A DNA stretch of 63,992 nucleotides, filler included, from Octopus bimaculoides (taxonomy: Eukaryota): the NCBI RefSeq assembly GCF_001194135.2. It is 8 parts of 7 records of this genome, joined end to end, with 100 filler letters (N's around TTAATTAATTAA, not from the genome) between each part and the next. Parts side by side here need not be neighbours in the genome. Positions count along the whole stretch, not along the records: positions 48,881 to 55,677 come from NC_068982.1; positions 55,778 to 61,467 come from NC_068987.1; positions 61,568 to 63,992 come from NW_026331166.1; 5 more parts are not named here. The stretch is one strand, 5' to 3'. The translations under genes and the position numbers were made by a program. This document shows positions 49,138-63,417 of the stretch, piece by piece; positions within the stretch are counted from its first letter, which is position 1, and each line of letters opens with the position of its first letter. The notes under the pieces are model-generated. The model did no database searches. It was not told where the DNA came from and saw nothing but the letters and a program-made list of their open reading frames with translations.

Positions 49138-50757
49138 CCATATATATATTTATGAATGCTTTATCCATTATCCTTTTGTGAGGCAGCAAACCTATTTCAT
49201 ACTTAATTATCTATTCCGTACGAATAACTATATTTCATATGTAAAATCATGTTTAATCTATTTCGCATTTATTTCGTAGATTAACGATAAAAATAATAAA
49301 ATTCAAAGCACATATACTTACTTCGACTTTAATTTCATCTATTCAGTATGATATTGAATTTGAAATTATTTTATGGAAATCTGAAAAATTTGTTTATAAT
49401 TTTTTTATCAGATGATGTCGTTTTATATCAGGAAGATTGCAGTATATAGAATCTTAGCAATAAATGTACATAGCGATTTTTCCTATTCGAAAGCTAAATA
49501 GAGTTGGAGTGAAACAGAAGGTATGAATATGTATTTCGAGGCTTAAGCGTTTGATTGCAATTCTTTCATATCTTTCCGTTTGACAAGAGAAAGCCACAGG
49601 GTTTACCCATTCTCTACGTTTCAAGTTGATGTCAAAATAAATGTCGAATAAACAACTATCGAATCGAAAGTAATACAGAGTTATTTATTAATTAAAAAAT
49701 GTCATTGAAATTGTTCATTTTTGAAATAACTCATCTTTATGTTCTTTGAAATAACACATCTTTATGTTTTTTGCAGGCAAATAAGTGGTTCCATACAAAG
49801 AACATGACGTAAATTGGTTTCTTGACAAACGATGTTTACCGGTCGCTTGGCATGCAAACAAATTTGTTAACTGAAATTGCATCAAAGGTAAGAGCCCTGT
49901 GCATAGTTGCATAAAAGATTTGAAAAGAAGGAAACCATCTCTGACGACAAATCACACAGTGGAATGGCATCAACTGAGATTATTAGCACAAATTGCTAGC
50001 CAGAGGACAAGTTAATTTTCGCGGGCACTCACCGTGAAATTGATGCATAACCAGAGTACTGTCACAACGCATTACAGACTAAGTTGGAAGACTGGGTATC
50101 AGAAATTGTGTGCAGAGAGAAGTGCGGTAGCCTGTTCTTGTTTGCTGAAGGTGTCGAAACCGATAAAGGCAGTTTCTTTTCGATCTTTTCACACTGGATT
50201 AAAATTTGCTGTATTCTTATGCTCGGATAAAGAAAACTCAGTCCATGAAGTATTATCTTTACTTTTCTCCAAAGTGTATGACTTTAAGAGGAGCCAGTCA
50301 TCGACTTTGGTGTCATAGTCACAGATTTGAGGTTGACAAGAGCATAAATGTCTTTGATTTTCTGAAATGCCTTTTGTGTGATAAACCCGCAAGCGGTATA
50401 TGAAGATGCTGAAATGTCTTAGAGAAGACTATAAAAGGAAGACAGCAAATAGGTGCCTAAAAATCATCCACACTCACCAAAACTTTGTGTGCCCAGGACT
50501 GTCTTTGGAGACAACAAATGATAACGCAGGAGAGATAAAAATTTATGTGACATAGTGGCTACAACAGAGCACAACACAATTTGTTGAAGATAATTTGACT
50601 GTTAGGTTTAGCCATGGCGCAAATGTATCGCTTGTGACGGTGACTATGCTGAAGCGGAGTTTTGTATAGGGAAGAGTTATTCGACCAATATCTATGATTT
50701 CAACGACCTAGGATACTAAATAAAACCCTTTGGGATTATTTTCAGAAGACTTCGTAA

Positions 50758-50799
<42 letters not shown>

Positions 50800-50802
<3 letters not shown>

Positions 50803-51135
50803 CGCGGATAAGCGTTTTCGCTAAATTTGGAAACCAGAAGGGACAAGTGGCAATCCTCTACAACCGTCAAGAGGAAACACGAAGCACATTTCATCCAGTT
50901 TGAAGAGAAGATAAAGGCTGGATTTTCCCCGTGGGAAACACAATCTTCTTGTAGAATTCCCAGTAGCAAGTCGTCGCAGCTATGTGCAAAGAAAGTACAT
51001 AAGCTCAGCATTGGCGAGACGTTTGCCCAAACTGCTGCCAGTAACGTCCGTCAGTCTATGGTGGAGAGAAGAATTGTAGACCTGTTTGTCGATAACATGC
51101 TACCGCTGCATGCAGTGGACTTCTCCACCTTGGTT
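50800..51135 (+). mobile_element. hAT (hobo/ZBED1-like) transposase N-terminal fragment
   Basis: KWQSSTTVKRKH...RRIVDLFVDNMLPLHAV resembles the hAT region upstream of the catalytic domain. Confidence 0.55.
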
Positions 51136-51199
51136 TGGTCTGATGAAGACGCTGAACCCTAGCACGATGTAAGTACGATGTAAGTTATTTAAGCTTTAC

Positions 51200-52865
51200 T
51201 GTTTCACATGGACAGGAAATGAAGACCATTGTATGTGCAAATGAAATATCAAATGTATCATTGCTTCTTAGTAAACTGAGCAAACATTTTAAAACTAACT
51301 ATCCTCATTTGCAAGATAATTCTACAAATTATTTCAAGACATTGTCTGAAAGGCGAACTAAAGTGGCAAGTTCTTTCATAAATGAAATGACTGTCTCTGA
51401 GAAAGCTCAAATCACCCCCTACCAAGTCTCAGAACTGATAGCAGAAAGTATGATACCTCATACTATAGGCAAGTCACTCATTTCGCCTGTGTGCAAAAAA
51501 GTAATCTCGACAATGCTTGGGAATCAAGCAGCAAACGAAATAAGCAAGATTCCACTGTCCAACGATACAGTTCACAGGCGCAATTTAGAAATGTCTTCTG
51601 ATATCGAGAAAAATGTATGTAGTAATAAATTTAAGTATTCACCTTTTGCATTGCAAGTTGATGAGTCAACAGACATCACCAACAAGGCGCAACTCTTAGC
51701 ATTCATTCGATTTATCCATGAAGATCAAATAGTAAATCAGTTTCTTTTTTGCAAAGAATTAATTGCCACTACAAAAGGACAGGGCGTTATCAACATTCTG
51801 AATACATACTTTGATAACTGGCAGTTATCATGGAAATTATGTGTGGGTATTTGTACAGATGGAGCCCCTTCCGTGGTAAGCTGTGTTAAGGGTCTTACAG
51901 CTTTTGTAAAAAAACTAAATTAAAATGTTATCGTTACTCACTGCTTTCTTCATAGAGAGGTCTTGATGGCAAAAACATTAGAAGAACTAAAAGAAGTTTT
52001 AGATCAAGTTGTTCAGATGGTAAACTTTATTAAAACAAGACCTGTTAAATCTTGTATATTCGAAGTTTTATACCGAAATGGATACCCAACAAAAACGGCT
52101 GCTTTTACAGGAAAAGTACTTACCCATGTACACGAGCTACGAAACGAACTTCTTGCGTTCTTTGAAGAAATGAAACAATCTAATATTTGTGACTTTCTTC
52201 GTTCCGAATTTTGGATTGCCAGGTTACAGTTTTTGGCCGATATATTTCAGCAGCGCAGTATTTTGAATACTAGTTTGAAAGGAAAAGAAGAAAACATTCT
52301 AACGTCCACTTACAAAATGAAAGCTTTCTAAAGAAAACTTAAGATTTGGAAACGAAAAGCTGTCGAAGGGAATTTGGAAATGTTTCCTTTAAGTCAAAGT
52401 GAAACAGACATAAATGAAACACTCCCGTTAATGGTTGAGTATTTAGGAAGTTTAGAAAAAAATTGAGTTCGTATTTTCTATCACTGAAAATTGAACAATA
52501 TGATTGGAACAGAAACTCATTCTTGGAAACTTCCGTTGATTTCGAATTAACATTGATAAAAGAAGAGGAACTCGCTGCTATATCTACTGACCGTGCATTA
52601 ATGATGAAACACAAGGAATTGTCATTTGAAGCTTTCTGGATTTCTGTAAAAGATGAATATGTTTCGATTTCTAAAAAAGCTCTTAAAATGTTGCTGCAAT
52701 TTTCAACTTCATATCTATGTGAATCGGGATTTCCACTCTTTCTAATATCAAGTACAAAAAGCTAAGACTACATGCATTGATGAAGAAACGCGAGTTTGTC
52801 TTTCAAACATACGCCCAAACATTGAAGAAATTGCCAAGACACATCGAGCTAATGCTTCCCATGAA
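51200..52865 (+). pseudogene. hAT Buster/Charlie-type transposase pseudogene (ZBED5/ZBED8-like family)
   Basis: SKLSKHFKTNYPHL, IPLSNDTVHRR, FALQVDESTDI, GICTDGAP, THCFLHRE, FIKTRP, LQFLADIF, LLQFSTSYLCESGF; several stops and frameshifts. Confidence 0.93.
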
Positions 52866-55090
52866 CTCAAGAATGAAGAATCTTAAGGTATGTGTTATTT
52901 TCTGTTATTTAGCTTAGAGATCTGTATATGGTGCACCCACAATTATTTCGCTAACCCCACTTTGTTTTGCTATACATACATATATACTGGCGTGCGTTTG
53001 TTGTTCGTGCGCACGTATGTGTGTGTTCGTGTTTGCGAGTGTGTGCGCTCGCGTCTATGTATTTATAATGCAGGTCACACTATATGTATTCACACATTTT
53101 AATTACACATCTTGACTAATAAAAATATTTACTCAGCATCAGAAACAGATTCATCAATTCATCAATTCATCAATCCTCTGAGAAAATAATATTCCACATG
53201 ACTGAATCATTTTCGACTCAATTAGCATCTGCAAAGAATTTTAATATTATGCAATCGAAAGAAGAAATCCAAAAATGATTTTAAAAAATGATCATTTGCT
53301 GCCAGAGTAACTTAATCCTAAATGCAGAGGCAAATGATTCAAATGTTATGAATACTGTTTGTTGATACTAATCGAGTAAAATATTTGTTGTGATTTATCT
53401 TTGACCACAACGCTTTTACTATCAAGTAGAGGCAATTTGACGAGCTGGAAAGGATCAGTCGTGTGTCGGATAAAATGCTTGGAAGCATTTCTTCTCATTG
53501 CTTACATTCTACTAAGATTGATATCATGGATTTTTTCCTCTCATCTAAACTGGCTTTCCCGTGTAAAGTTATAAAGAATATATCATGAGGTTTGTGTGAA
53601 TGAGTGGTCGATTAGAATATCATTGAAATATCGAAATTTGCTTTGTCATATTGATTCTGACTACATACATTCTGCATTCAGATACCTTCATGCTCAAAAA
53701 TATTTTTGCTCCACACCGGCATCGAGAAAATCAGTTATTAATTCACTAATGAGAACAAATAATCGACAACTCTACCTAAATTTCTCGCCTTGTGCATTTG
53801 TTTGAAACAATTATAGATAATCTTTTCTAAAATGATTGGGTAAATCGGCTGCTGTTTTTAACCAGTCAAATGCTTTCATAAATGGTCATATGCTTCTTTC
53901 ACTGTTAGTGATGCCCACATTTCTATTTTTGAACAAATGATAGTTTTGCTGATTTTTTCCTTTGTGTCGTTACTTCAGTAGCAATTACACCTGGTACTAT
54001 TGATGAAATGGCTGCTACAAACCTCATTATTATTGAACTTGCTGATTCTGTTATCAGAAGCAGCGTATTAATCTTGCTACACTTGATATATTTGCAACCC
54101 GTCTTAAAGTATTTATTACTAAGTTACTGCTATTGAAATATAGTTGTCTTCTGCAGCCTTGTGATATCTCTTATTTTTGTACGTGAGTCGGCAATAGGTT
54201 TATGTTGCCCATGTGAAGGGATCTTCAACGTTAATTCACATCTCTCTTTCCTCAACTGTCTTTCTTTTCTCTTATCACAACAGCTTACTTTTGAAGATAA
54301 CAAAAGTATTATCGAAGAAGTTTTATTTCAATCCTAATGAGAGATTTCAGCTCCTTTGAAAATCGAATTAATGTTAATAGTAAAACAGAAGCGAAGGTAT
54401 ACAAGAAAACAATTCTCTGTAATGTAGGTGTTTACTATTAGTTCCCTATACTCACAGGCTGAGATTTACCCGGCAAGTTAAAAAGCCACGTCTCAATTTT
54501 AGAGTGTTACATATACTAGAGCGGTGATTTGCACTTTAAGAGCAGTATCCAGTTTTTCTCTGAATGTAGCACCTAGAAGGCTTTATAAAATTTATTAAAA
54601 TTAATATAAGGACCAACAATTTTGAAATTTCATCTAACATATATGTGTCTATTCTCGAAAGGAAAATGAAATTGCTTTCTCCCTAAGAACAAATATCCTG
54701 CTTACAAACTTCTCCTGGATTCCAGGAAGGAGAGAAAACAAAGTATGCCGATGAATATATGGACAATTTCCGTATTGAATGTAAAAAATATTACACGAAT
54801 CAATAATTGTCAGACACGGTAACATTAGCGGAAACTACAACTTCACAGAGTTTAAGAAAGCGTAGCAATATCATTTCATATTTAGCAATAGAATATAATG
54901 TTACGCTATACACATAACAAAGACGAGCGACTGTGCTATAGCTTTACATCTCTTTTTTGACATATATTACAAGTCAAACAATAATGTAACATTAATCATC
55001 TACAATTAGGTACAGCAAATTAAGCGTTGAAAAACGGCCAATTAGCTATGGCATAAGTATGATTAATATCTATGCATACGCATGAACATA

Positions 55091-55152
<62 letters not shown>

Positions 55153-55391
55153 AACACAGATGTATACACATATACACATATACAGTCGATAGAAGTTTTA
55201 TACAGTCTCGTGTGATGAAAGCGACGAATATAAGAATTGAAAAAAAAAAACAGGAATAATAATCACACCAGTATGTGCATATGATATTGTCATCAATCGG
55301 TAAACTAAGTATCTAGGGAACTGAAAAAATATTATTGATAAGATACGGTTACAGATGACTGTCGAACGGAGACTTATAGATGCATAACTTC

Positions 55392-55458
<67 letters not shown>

Positions 55459-55464
55459 GCCTGC

Positions 55465-55504
<40 letters not shown>

Positions 55505-55777
55505 ATGTATGTATGTATGTTTGTCTGTCTGTCTGTCCGTCTGTCTGTCCGTCTGCCTGTCTGAATGTCATCTGTCTATTTATCTGTCTATGTATGTATG
55601 TATGTATGTATGTATGTATGTATGTATGTTTGTATGTATGTATGTATGCATGTATGTATGCATGTATGTATGTATGCNNNNNNNNNNNNNNNNNNNNNNN
55701 NNNNNNNNNNNNNNNNNNNNNTTAATTAATTAANNNNNNNNNNNNNNNNNNNNNNNNNNNNNNNNNNNNNNNNNNNN

Positions 55778-55847
<70 letters not shown>
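55778..55847. repeat. (AAT)n microsatellite
   Basis: Direct reading; others at 48640-48712 and 61180-61258. Confidence 0.95.
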
Positions 55848-55860
55848 GCAACAACAACAT

Positions 55861-56035
55861 CGTAAAAATACCTTAGGAATGAGAACCCAGGTTCGAAATT
55901 TCTCCAAGATACCTGATGAAGGCTGGAGGGTATATCATGCGAAACGCTGTGTTAACAACAAACAAGATGACAAATATCCGTCAAATATAAATAATGTAAA
56001 TAACTTACATAATTCCTCATCTCTTAAATGTAGAA
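55861..56035 (+). mobile_element. PLE-type 3' repeat with degenerate minimal hammerhead at 55908-55953
   Basis: gatac-CTGATGA-a-ggctg(gagggtatat)catgc-GAAA-C-GCT-gtgtt. U16.1 is replaced by C and helix II is damaged. Confidence 0.55.
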
Positions 56036-57574
56036 TTGTAATATTTTATTCCATATTATGGCGGTAACACTTTCAAGGGACATTATTCAGGTGAGAAGAG
56101 CCTTTCAATAAACACATGTCGATTACAAAAGCCTGAATGTGCTGCCTCCGTATGGCCGCAGTCCAATTACTTAAACAAGCAAACAAATAAAAGAATACTC
56201 GTTTTAATTCAAGATTCAATTACATTGTTCTTGATTTTTAATAAGATTCTGGATAGCTTTTAATAACCGAAGATACGTTTAAATATGTGTTAAACTAACG
56301 CCTCCTCTTCCTCCGAGAGATATATTATGGATTAATATTGTAAATATTTATTTTCTGAAGATATATTGTTGGTAAAATAGAAAACATAACACCGATATTG
56401 AAGTTTATATATTATATTAACAGTTAGAACTTCAATCGCAGGCAATATAAGATTGTATTTCAAAAGCATCACCATGCTTCCATTCTTTAAGGAACAACGG
56501 TTCTGATAGAAGGTGTTCATTAAAGGTTACAATAGGAGAAAGCTGAACGTTTGAAACCTAAAATGGAAAATGGAGCGCGTAAATTATAGGAAAACAATAT
56601 GGTCTTTACAAAATTGATTGAGTGGGGACGAAGATAGCTAGTAATGAATATATATGAGCATGCCATCGTAACGTATATACTGTAGATTTACATAGAACAC
56701 CGTTTGGATTCTGTTCCTAAATTATTAAGATAAATCAGAAATGTTTGCTCCTCAGTCTATAAATCCATAATGAGATTTTTCAAATTCATAGTCATCGGTG
56801 TGCTTTGTTCTATAATGAAGGAAATCAAACAACGTGGTCTTCTTCCATTTATAATGTAATTTACAATAACATACAATAGTACATATCAAAGGTCACGAGA
56901 TTTTTTTATGCAGGCGGTATTGGATAATAATTACTCGTGCACACAAGATTCATTCTCTTCGTAGAATATTCAAATTCTAAAATTGAAATTCATAATTTGT
57001 GTTGCATAATAAATGAGAATATTTCCCTATCATATCTTCACTTTCAATCTTGAACAAATTCAGTAATATCAGTTATTGTAGAAAGTAGTGGCCTGGTAAT
57101 AAAATATTTAAGAAAAGTAGGCTGGTCCATTATATTTATTACAATGAAACAGAATTTCCTACGGATACAACACTGATCGGAGTAAATATATATTTGCACA
57201 CCGAACAATGTTAGAAAAATCCATACAATTTAGTGACGCATTTAAGAGTAACACCTAAAGAGGATGTTGCAGATATATTGACACAATATCACTGAAAATA
57301 TGAAATTACATATATGACTTAAGCTATGACTTGTCAAAGTCAGTATTAGTTATTTAAAATATGCTATTTGCAGAATGTCACTGGCTTATTCGACTCAAAC
57401 CGTTTTTATAAGTGTTTCTCCGCAATTTAGACTTTGCTCATCTACACATGAACGCACATTTTACTTATCGTACTTATTTGCTTTTCGATAACTAGATAAT
57501 ATAAGAGAACACTTCTCAGGATTTATCAGCCTACCGGAGAGGATTTAATTTTGGATTTGTTGTGGTCGACATTA

Positions 57575-57705
57575 AGTAGTCAACTCCAGACAGTAGAAGT
57601 GCCGTCGTTTAGAATGACAGGGCACTATATTTTAACTTAGAACGCACAAAACCGGAACTGACGCCGCAAAGTATACCGTCTAGCTTGGGTACTGAGTTGA
57701 TCGCC
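57575..57705 (+). promoter_or_regulatory. CpG-rich patch with adjacent ETS-like (CCGGAA) and half-CRE (TGACG) motifs
   Basis: ccggaa at 57652-57657 and tgacg at 57659-57663, in an otherwise AT-rich, TE-poor region. Confidence 0.25.
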
Positions 57706-60594
57706 CCCAGTGGGGAGAATTATAAAGTTGATATCAGCGAGATTTTAACAGAGAATGTTGAGAGTCAATACACAATTAAATGTTTTTTTACGTTCTCTTG
57801 TAGGGTTTCAAGTTGTTGTACTGAACGTAAAGTCTCACTTCAATTTTTATTAGCATTAATATTCATTCTACTGAACTTGAATGAAGCTTTCGAATGTCGA
57901 ATAGTGGATGACTGTCATAACAGAAAAAAATGGTATATAAAATCTGTTCATCTTGGTTCCCAAAACAAGGCCAATTTATATTTTATAGATAATAATGTAG
58001 TTAAAGGCAAACACAGGTAAACATGAATGTCTACAAAAGTGTACTCAGTTATGTACTCAATTTGTAAATAGTTCTATGTACAAAATATATTTTTTTCTTT
58101 TTTATCTAAAGAATATCCAAATATGTATTGTGTGGACTCAAACTTGGCTAGTGTCACACTCTTGAAGGTATAAATACATAACTGGTTAAAATACAATTTC
58201 ATGTGAACAAATGAAGTTGATAATAACATCAATTATTTCTAAAACAACAATTATTACTAATAATTAGATAGTTGCTGGTTTTTAGAATACATAGCTGAAT
58301 CACAGTTACTAAATTCAACTGCACAGAGACGAACTAAATACTGCAAACCTTAGAGTCACAGAAATTAAAAAGAAATATGAATAAAAAAATATTTTAATAT
58401 ATCAATATAGGTTGGATTAACATGTCACTATGATGCTCTTAGATCGAACGTTAATCAACAAAATAAGACTATATCAAAGGCACTTGATCTTTCCGCAGTT
58501 TAAAGAAAAGAAATAGAAATATTGATGGGCAAATCATATTGATGTAATTGATGTTATAGTAAAATAAACTAGCAAATAATATATTCAAAGACAAAAATAC
58601 ATTTCGCAGCAGTGTGTATGAAAGAAATGCTGGCGGTACGTCTGTTACCCATACATCGCTATATTCTATAGAACATTGGTGTAAATATTTGCTTTGAATA
58701 TACATAGGATTAAAATGTCCATGTCAGCGAGTGGGAGCTGGTTTTTTTCTTCTTCTGCAGCAACATAATTATCTTACGGATTAACTTAAGTGAAAGTGGA
58801 TTTACGCATCTATAAAGACATGGGAATATCAATGACAACACAGAATGATAATAGAAGTTTGCAATATGATTGAAAAGAGTAAAACTAGGAAGAGAAATTG
58901 ATTCACGAAGTAACCACACCTTTATTGATTCCTTTAGCTTTCTTGAAAAAAGTATTAGCAAAACCTATATACTCAAGATGAGCAGTAATGTATGCTACCG
59001 TCTTACAATAATATCAACATCAAATACCAATAACTACACCATAGATATTTAATTATAATATATACATACATAAGAAAAATCACAATGAGATAAGATGATC
59101 TTGTTATTGTTTTAAACCAGGTCACTGACGTTCAAGTAAACCTATGATCACAATTGTTCAAGTCGTTATATTCATGTCTTTTTATTGAGACATAAAAGAT
59201 CGATGACTACATTGTCTGATGATTCCGTCCTCACCAAAGGTGGTAGGATACAGCTCAAGAGAGATTTCAGTTGCCACTTTAGTATTTAAGAATCTATGTA
59301 GAAGCATTATTTTTTTAATTCTGTTTCGTCAAAATGCTTTGGATTTTATGGAAGTAAGATTAGCATTTCGCCCACTTGTTTTAATTTACTTATTAATGAA
59401 TATGACTGCGTAAACAACCAAGACATTAGATTCTATGATTAAGTTCTGATTTACATATAAATTAGATTTGTGTTCCCATGAAGAACAATTTTAATTATAA
59501 GGGGTGGGAAAAATGCTATTATTCTCCGGTGTATTTCACATGTGAAATCTTCTTTTCTTTTCTATTGTTGTATAGCTGGTCGACGCACTGACTCAACAAG
59601 ACACGGTAAATAGGTAATCAACGGAAAGATTATGTGCACTTTACATATACAGTGATCACAATAGACTATACTGCCACTAACTTCAGAACCACACTTGGCT
59701 CTCATGAAGGCAGTTGCATATTTCAGATTATATTCATAGGTCAATAAACTCTATAAGACATTTAATCTGGTGTCCAGTGGTACTGCTTATAACAATATAG
59801 TGTTTATGTACTTTGATATATTGACGTTGATACAGATTATTTACTATCATCCCTCATAGTCTGCTGAGAAAAATAGTCAGACATACCAGTATACACAATC
59901 AGATCCCATGGTAGAAGAGGATATTGTTTTAGCAGTAGGAAATTATAACTTACATGTTTCTTCGTATTAACACAAAATACAAAATCTGTCCGATCGCCTG
60001 ATTTAAATGCCGTAATCTATCGGTTAGAAATTGCTGTAGGTGAATCGCGCCAAGACCTGGTTCTAAGTACATTTGCAACGTGATATGTATCTGAATTTTT
60101 GCTGTATATACAAAAATTAACAACTTGGTTGACAGTAGCGGAAATATATAAGTAGTACCATTGAGAATAGAATTAGAGAGAAAAAAAAAAGGAGAATGAT
60201 TATAGACAGTGTCAGCATCTTTAGATGATTACATTGATTTACTTAAATATTTTTTGAAGGCCTATGCGTTTGCATACACAGAATACAGATAAAATTATAC
60301 AGTACATTGTGTATTCAATCGCAGCCAGTACTTGAACGCATAACAATAACTACGCAACTTATACAAAGCCAACACTTTCTACCAAAATAAATGAATTAAC
60401 ACTTCATATAGCGTATAGAAACGACGAAACACAAGCCAACCAGAGGCACAGCAATGGAAATCATGAAACAGTATAAAAACAGGTGTGATAAGGCAAAACT
60501 CAAAATTTTTAAAGCTTGTAGAAACACACCCTCAAGGTATTCTGAAATGTACCTTGAGTCAAAAGAAGTGCTTATTAGATTTTTGGAAACGTTG

Positions 60595-60782
60595 ATAATG
60601 ATGATAATAATGATAATGGTGATGATAATGATAATGATAATTATGATAATGAAGATGATGATAATGATGATGATGATCATGATTATGTTTAGGAGGAGGA
60701 GGAGGCTAAGGAGGTTGTGGATCACGACGACAACGATGCTGATGGTGATAATGATGTTATGATGACGATGACGACGACGGCG
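60595..60782. repeat. (GAT/AAT/GAC/GAG)n compound trinucleotide repeat
   Basis: Direct reading. Confidence 0.9.
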
Positions 60783-61178
60783 AAATCAGCGGTGATGACG
60801 TCAAGGAAAAGGATGGGAAAAACGATTTGAAGCATCCAATCCACTATTAGTGGGACAAAGAATTTAACAAAATCATAAGGGTGTCACCAATTTGCATTGG
60901 GAAAATTAGAAATGTGAGAAAGAATTTGAGTGGGAGGGAGATAAAACTTGCGGGTGGATATAGTAGAGAGGATATAGTAGAGACAACCGGTTTACCGGAT
61001 TGTGTAAAAAATTCATAGTTAAAAAAAGATGAGGAAAGTAAAAGCATATCTTATACAATAGAAGATGCAAAATGCTCCTCATTCTAAGCAGCGTGAAACT
61101 CTTCGATATGTAGCATGATTAAACTAGATACAACATAAATACTATGTAGCAACACAATAAAAATAAAAAATAGTATTA

Positions 61179-61240
<62 letters not shown>

Positions 61241-62860
61241 AATAATAATAATAATAATCGTAAACACACGTGTTACATCAAAACCAAACCATCTTCGAAC
61301 CCCAAAACACCATGTACAGAAAAATTACAAACAGATTAAATAACACCGGTATTATTACACACAAGAATAACAACCGAGAAGTGCGTACTGTAAGCTTGTT
61401 ACGAAAAAAAATACGAAGATCTGAACGTGCAAAACAATCTGACAACAGAAATAAACGAACCGGTACCNNNNNNNNNNNNNNNNNNNNNNNNNNNNNNNNN
61501 NNNNNNNNNNNTTAATTAATTAANNNNNNNNNNNNNNNNNNNNNNNNNNNNNNNNNNNNNNNNNNNNTATATATATACACACATACACACATATACATAC
61601 ACATACACACATATGCATATACACATACATGCACACACATACTGGGCAGGTAAAAAGGTATGAAAGGTTTTGAAATTTTAATAATCTTAAAATTCACGAT
61701 TGAAGCAGCGAACACTGATTGTGGACTTATATTATGAAAATGAATTATTTAATACTCAACGCTCTTTATGAAGTTTGAGTCCACCCTGTTATAATACGCA
61801 AGGTAAACCAATTTTCGTAGCACAACAGAACTGTTACTCTATTGAGACCATTGTTAAGAAATATCTTACTTTTTCTCTCGATGTGTAGCAAAATCCGTTT
61901 CTTGCCGACAGGTTTCAAATCAGCTTTCATCCGAGTCTCACAACTATAGTTATGAGTTATGCTTTCATCTACATCATAAAACAATGCAATTTAATCTGCT
62001 GGAAGAGATGGAGATAACAGATAAAAGTTATTATTAAATATGGTGACATTCTGCAACCGATTAGCTGGATTTGCATAAATAGTGGCGCATGGTTCGCTTG
62101 ATATTTATTTACATAAAGCGCTTAATTTTCACTCTATGCTTATCGTTATACTTACAGGCACTAAATGGAGTGAGATTTCTCCAAAGATTAGTTCGATTCT
62201 GATACATACAAAGAAGCCGATATAGACGCACACAAGTGTATTTATGTATGTATGCAAATTTTTCGATTTCTATTCATACATGTATATATGTATGAATCTC
62301 TGTTATGTATATATATATATATNNNNNNNNNNNNNNNNNNNNNNNNNNNNNNNNNNNNNNNNNNNNNNNNNNNNNNNNNNNNNNNNNNNNNNNNNNNNNN
62401 NNNNNNNNNNNNNNNNNNNNNNNNNNNNNNNNNNNNNNNNNNNNNNNNNNNNNNNNNNNNNNNNNNNNNNNNNNNNNNNNNNNNNNNNNNNNNNNNNNNN
62501 NNNNNNNNNNNNNNNNNNNNNNNNNNNNNNNNNNNNNNNNNNNNNNNNNNNNNNNNNNNNNNNNNNNNNNNNNNNNNNNNNNNNNNNNNNNNNNNNNNNN
62601 NNNNNNNNNNNNNNNNNNNNNNNNNNNNNNNNNNNNNNNNNNNNNNNNNNNNNNNNNNNNNNNNNNNNNNNNNNNNNNNNNNNNNNNNNNNNNNNNNNNN
62701 NNNNNNNNNNNNNNNNNNNNNNNNNNNNNNNNNNNNNNNNNNNNNNNNNNNNNNNNNNNNNNNNNNNNNNNNNNNNNNNNNNNNNNNNNNNNNNNNNNNN
62801 NNNNNNNNNNNNNNNNNNNNNNNNNNNNNNNNNNNNNNNNNNNNNNNNNNNNNNNNNNNN

Positions 62861-62891
<31 letters not shown>

Positions 62892-63120
62892 TATACATAT
62901 ATCTACATGAATAAACATGTATATCCTATATATTTACTAATATCTATCGATATATATATGTATATGTATGTAAGTATGTATGTGTATATATATATATATA
63001 TATATATGTATATACATATGTATACCTATATATATATGTGTGTATAAATACACGTAATATACATTGGCAAGCATCCCGTGTCGTCGTTGTCTATGTATTG
63101 TAATTGGTGTGAGAAGAGCA

Positions 63121-63415
63121 TTTAAAGGCCCGTCAATAGTCAAAATGGTGAAAATTGGCACCGAGAGGATGGTTCCTCTGAAGATTTTGGCACTTGGCCA
63201 ACAATTGTCATCATAAATGTTTCACCATTATATTTAACTTTCACATACCTCAATTGGGGATAATGTGCGAACCCTAAAGGAACCAAAAGCAAGAGGGGTC
63301 CACACAGAAATAGCAAGAAAAACACAGACAACGACTTACACAGGTCCGTCTGCGAACACCCGTATTTTCATTCATATTTTTGTCATCTACATTTGCACGT
63401 GAATTTTTGTATCTA
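63121..63415. mobile_element. Possible Kolobok-like MITE end, interrupted by Tc1
   Basis: Starts TTAA|AGGCCC. The other terminus is not in the window. Confidence 0.3.
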
Positions 63416-63417
63416 CA

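Noticed and set aside
60850-61020. Trypsin-like motif (IRVSPICIG...LAGG)
   Set aside because: Weak resemblance only, with an upstream in-frame stop and no catalytic-triad motifs.
61901-61939. Minus-strand CGGATGA...GAAA-cct-GTC motif
   Set aside because: U4 is replaced, helix II is weak and helix I is only 2 bp. Counted only as a degenerate remnant.
62990-63385. Minus-strand three-exon model (MKIRVFADGPV-VRTLSPIE...) with consensus donors
   Set aside because: The spliced frame stops after about 32 aa, the alternative frame lacks a start or acceptor, and the region looks like a MITE terminus.
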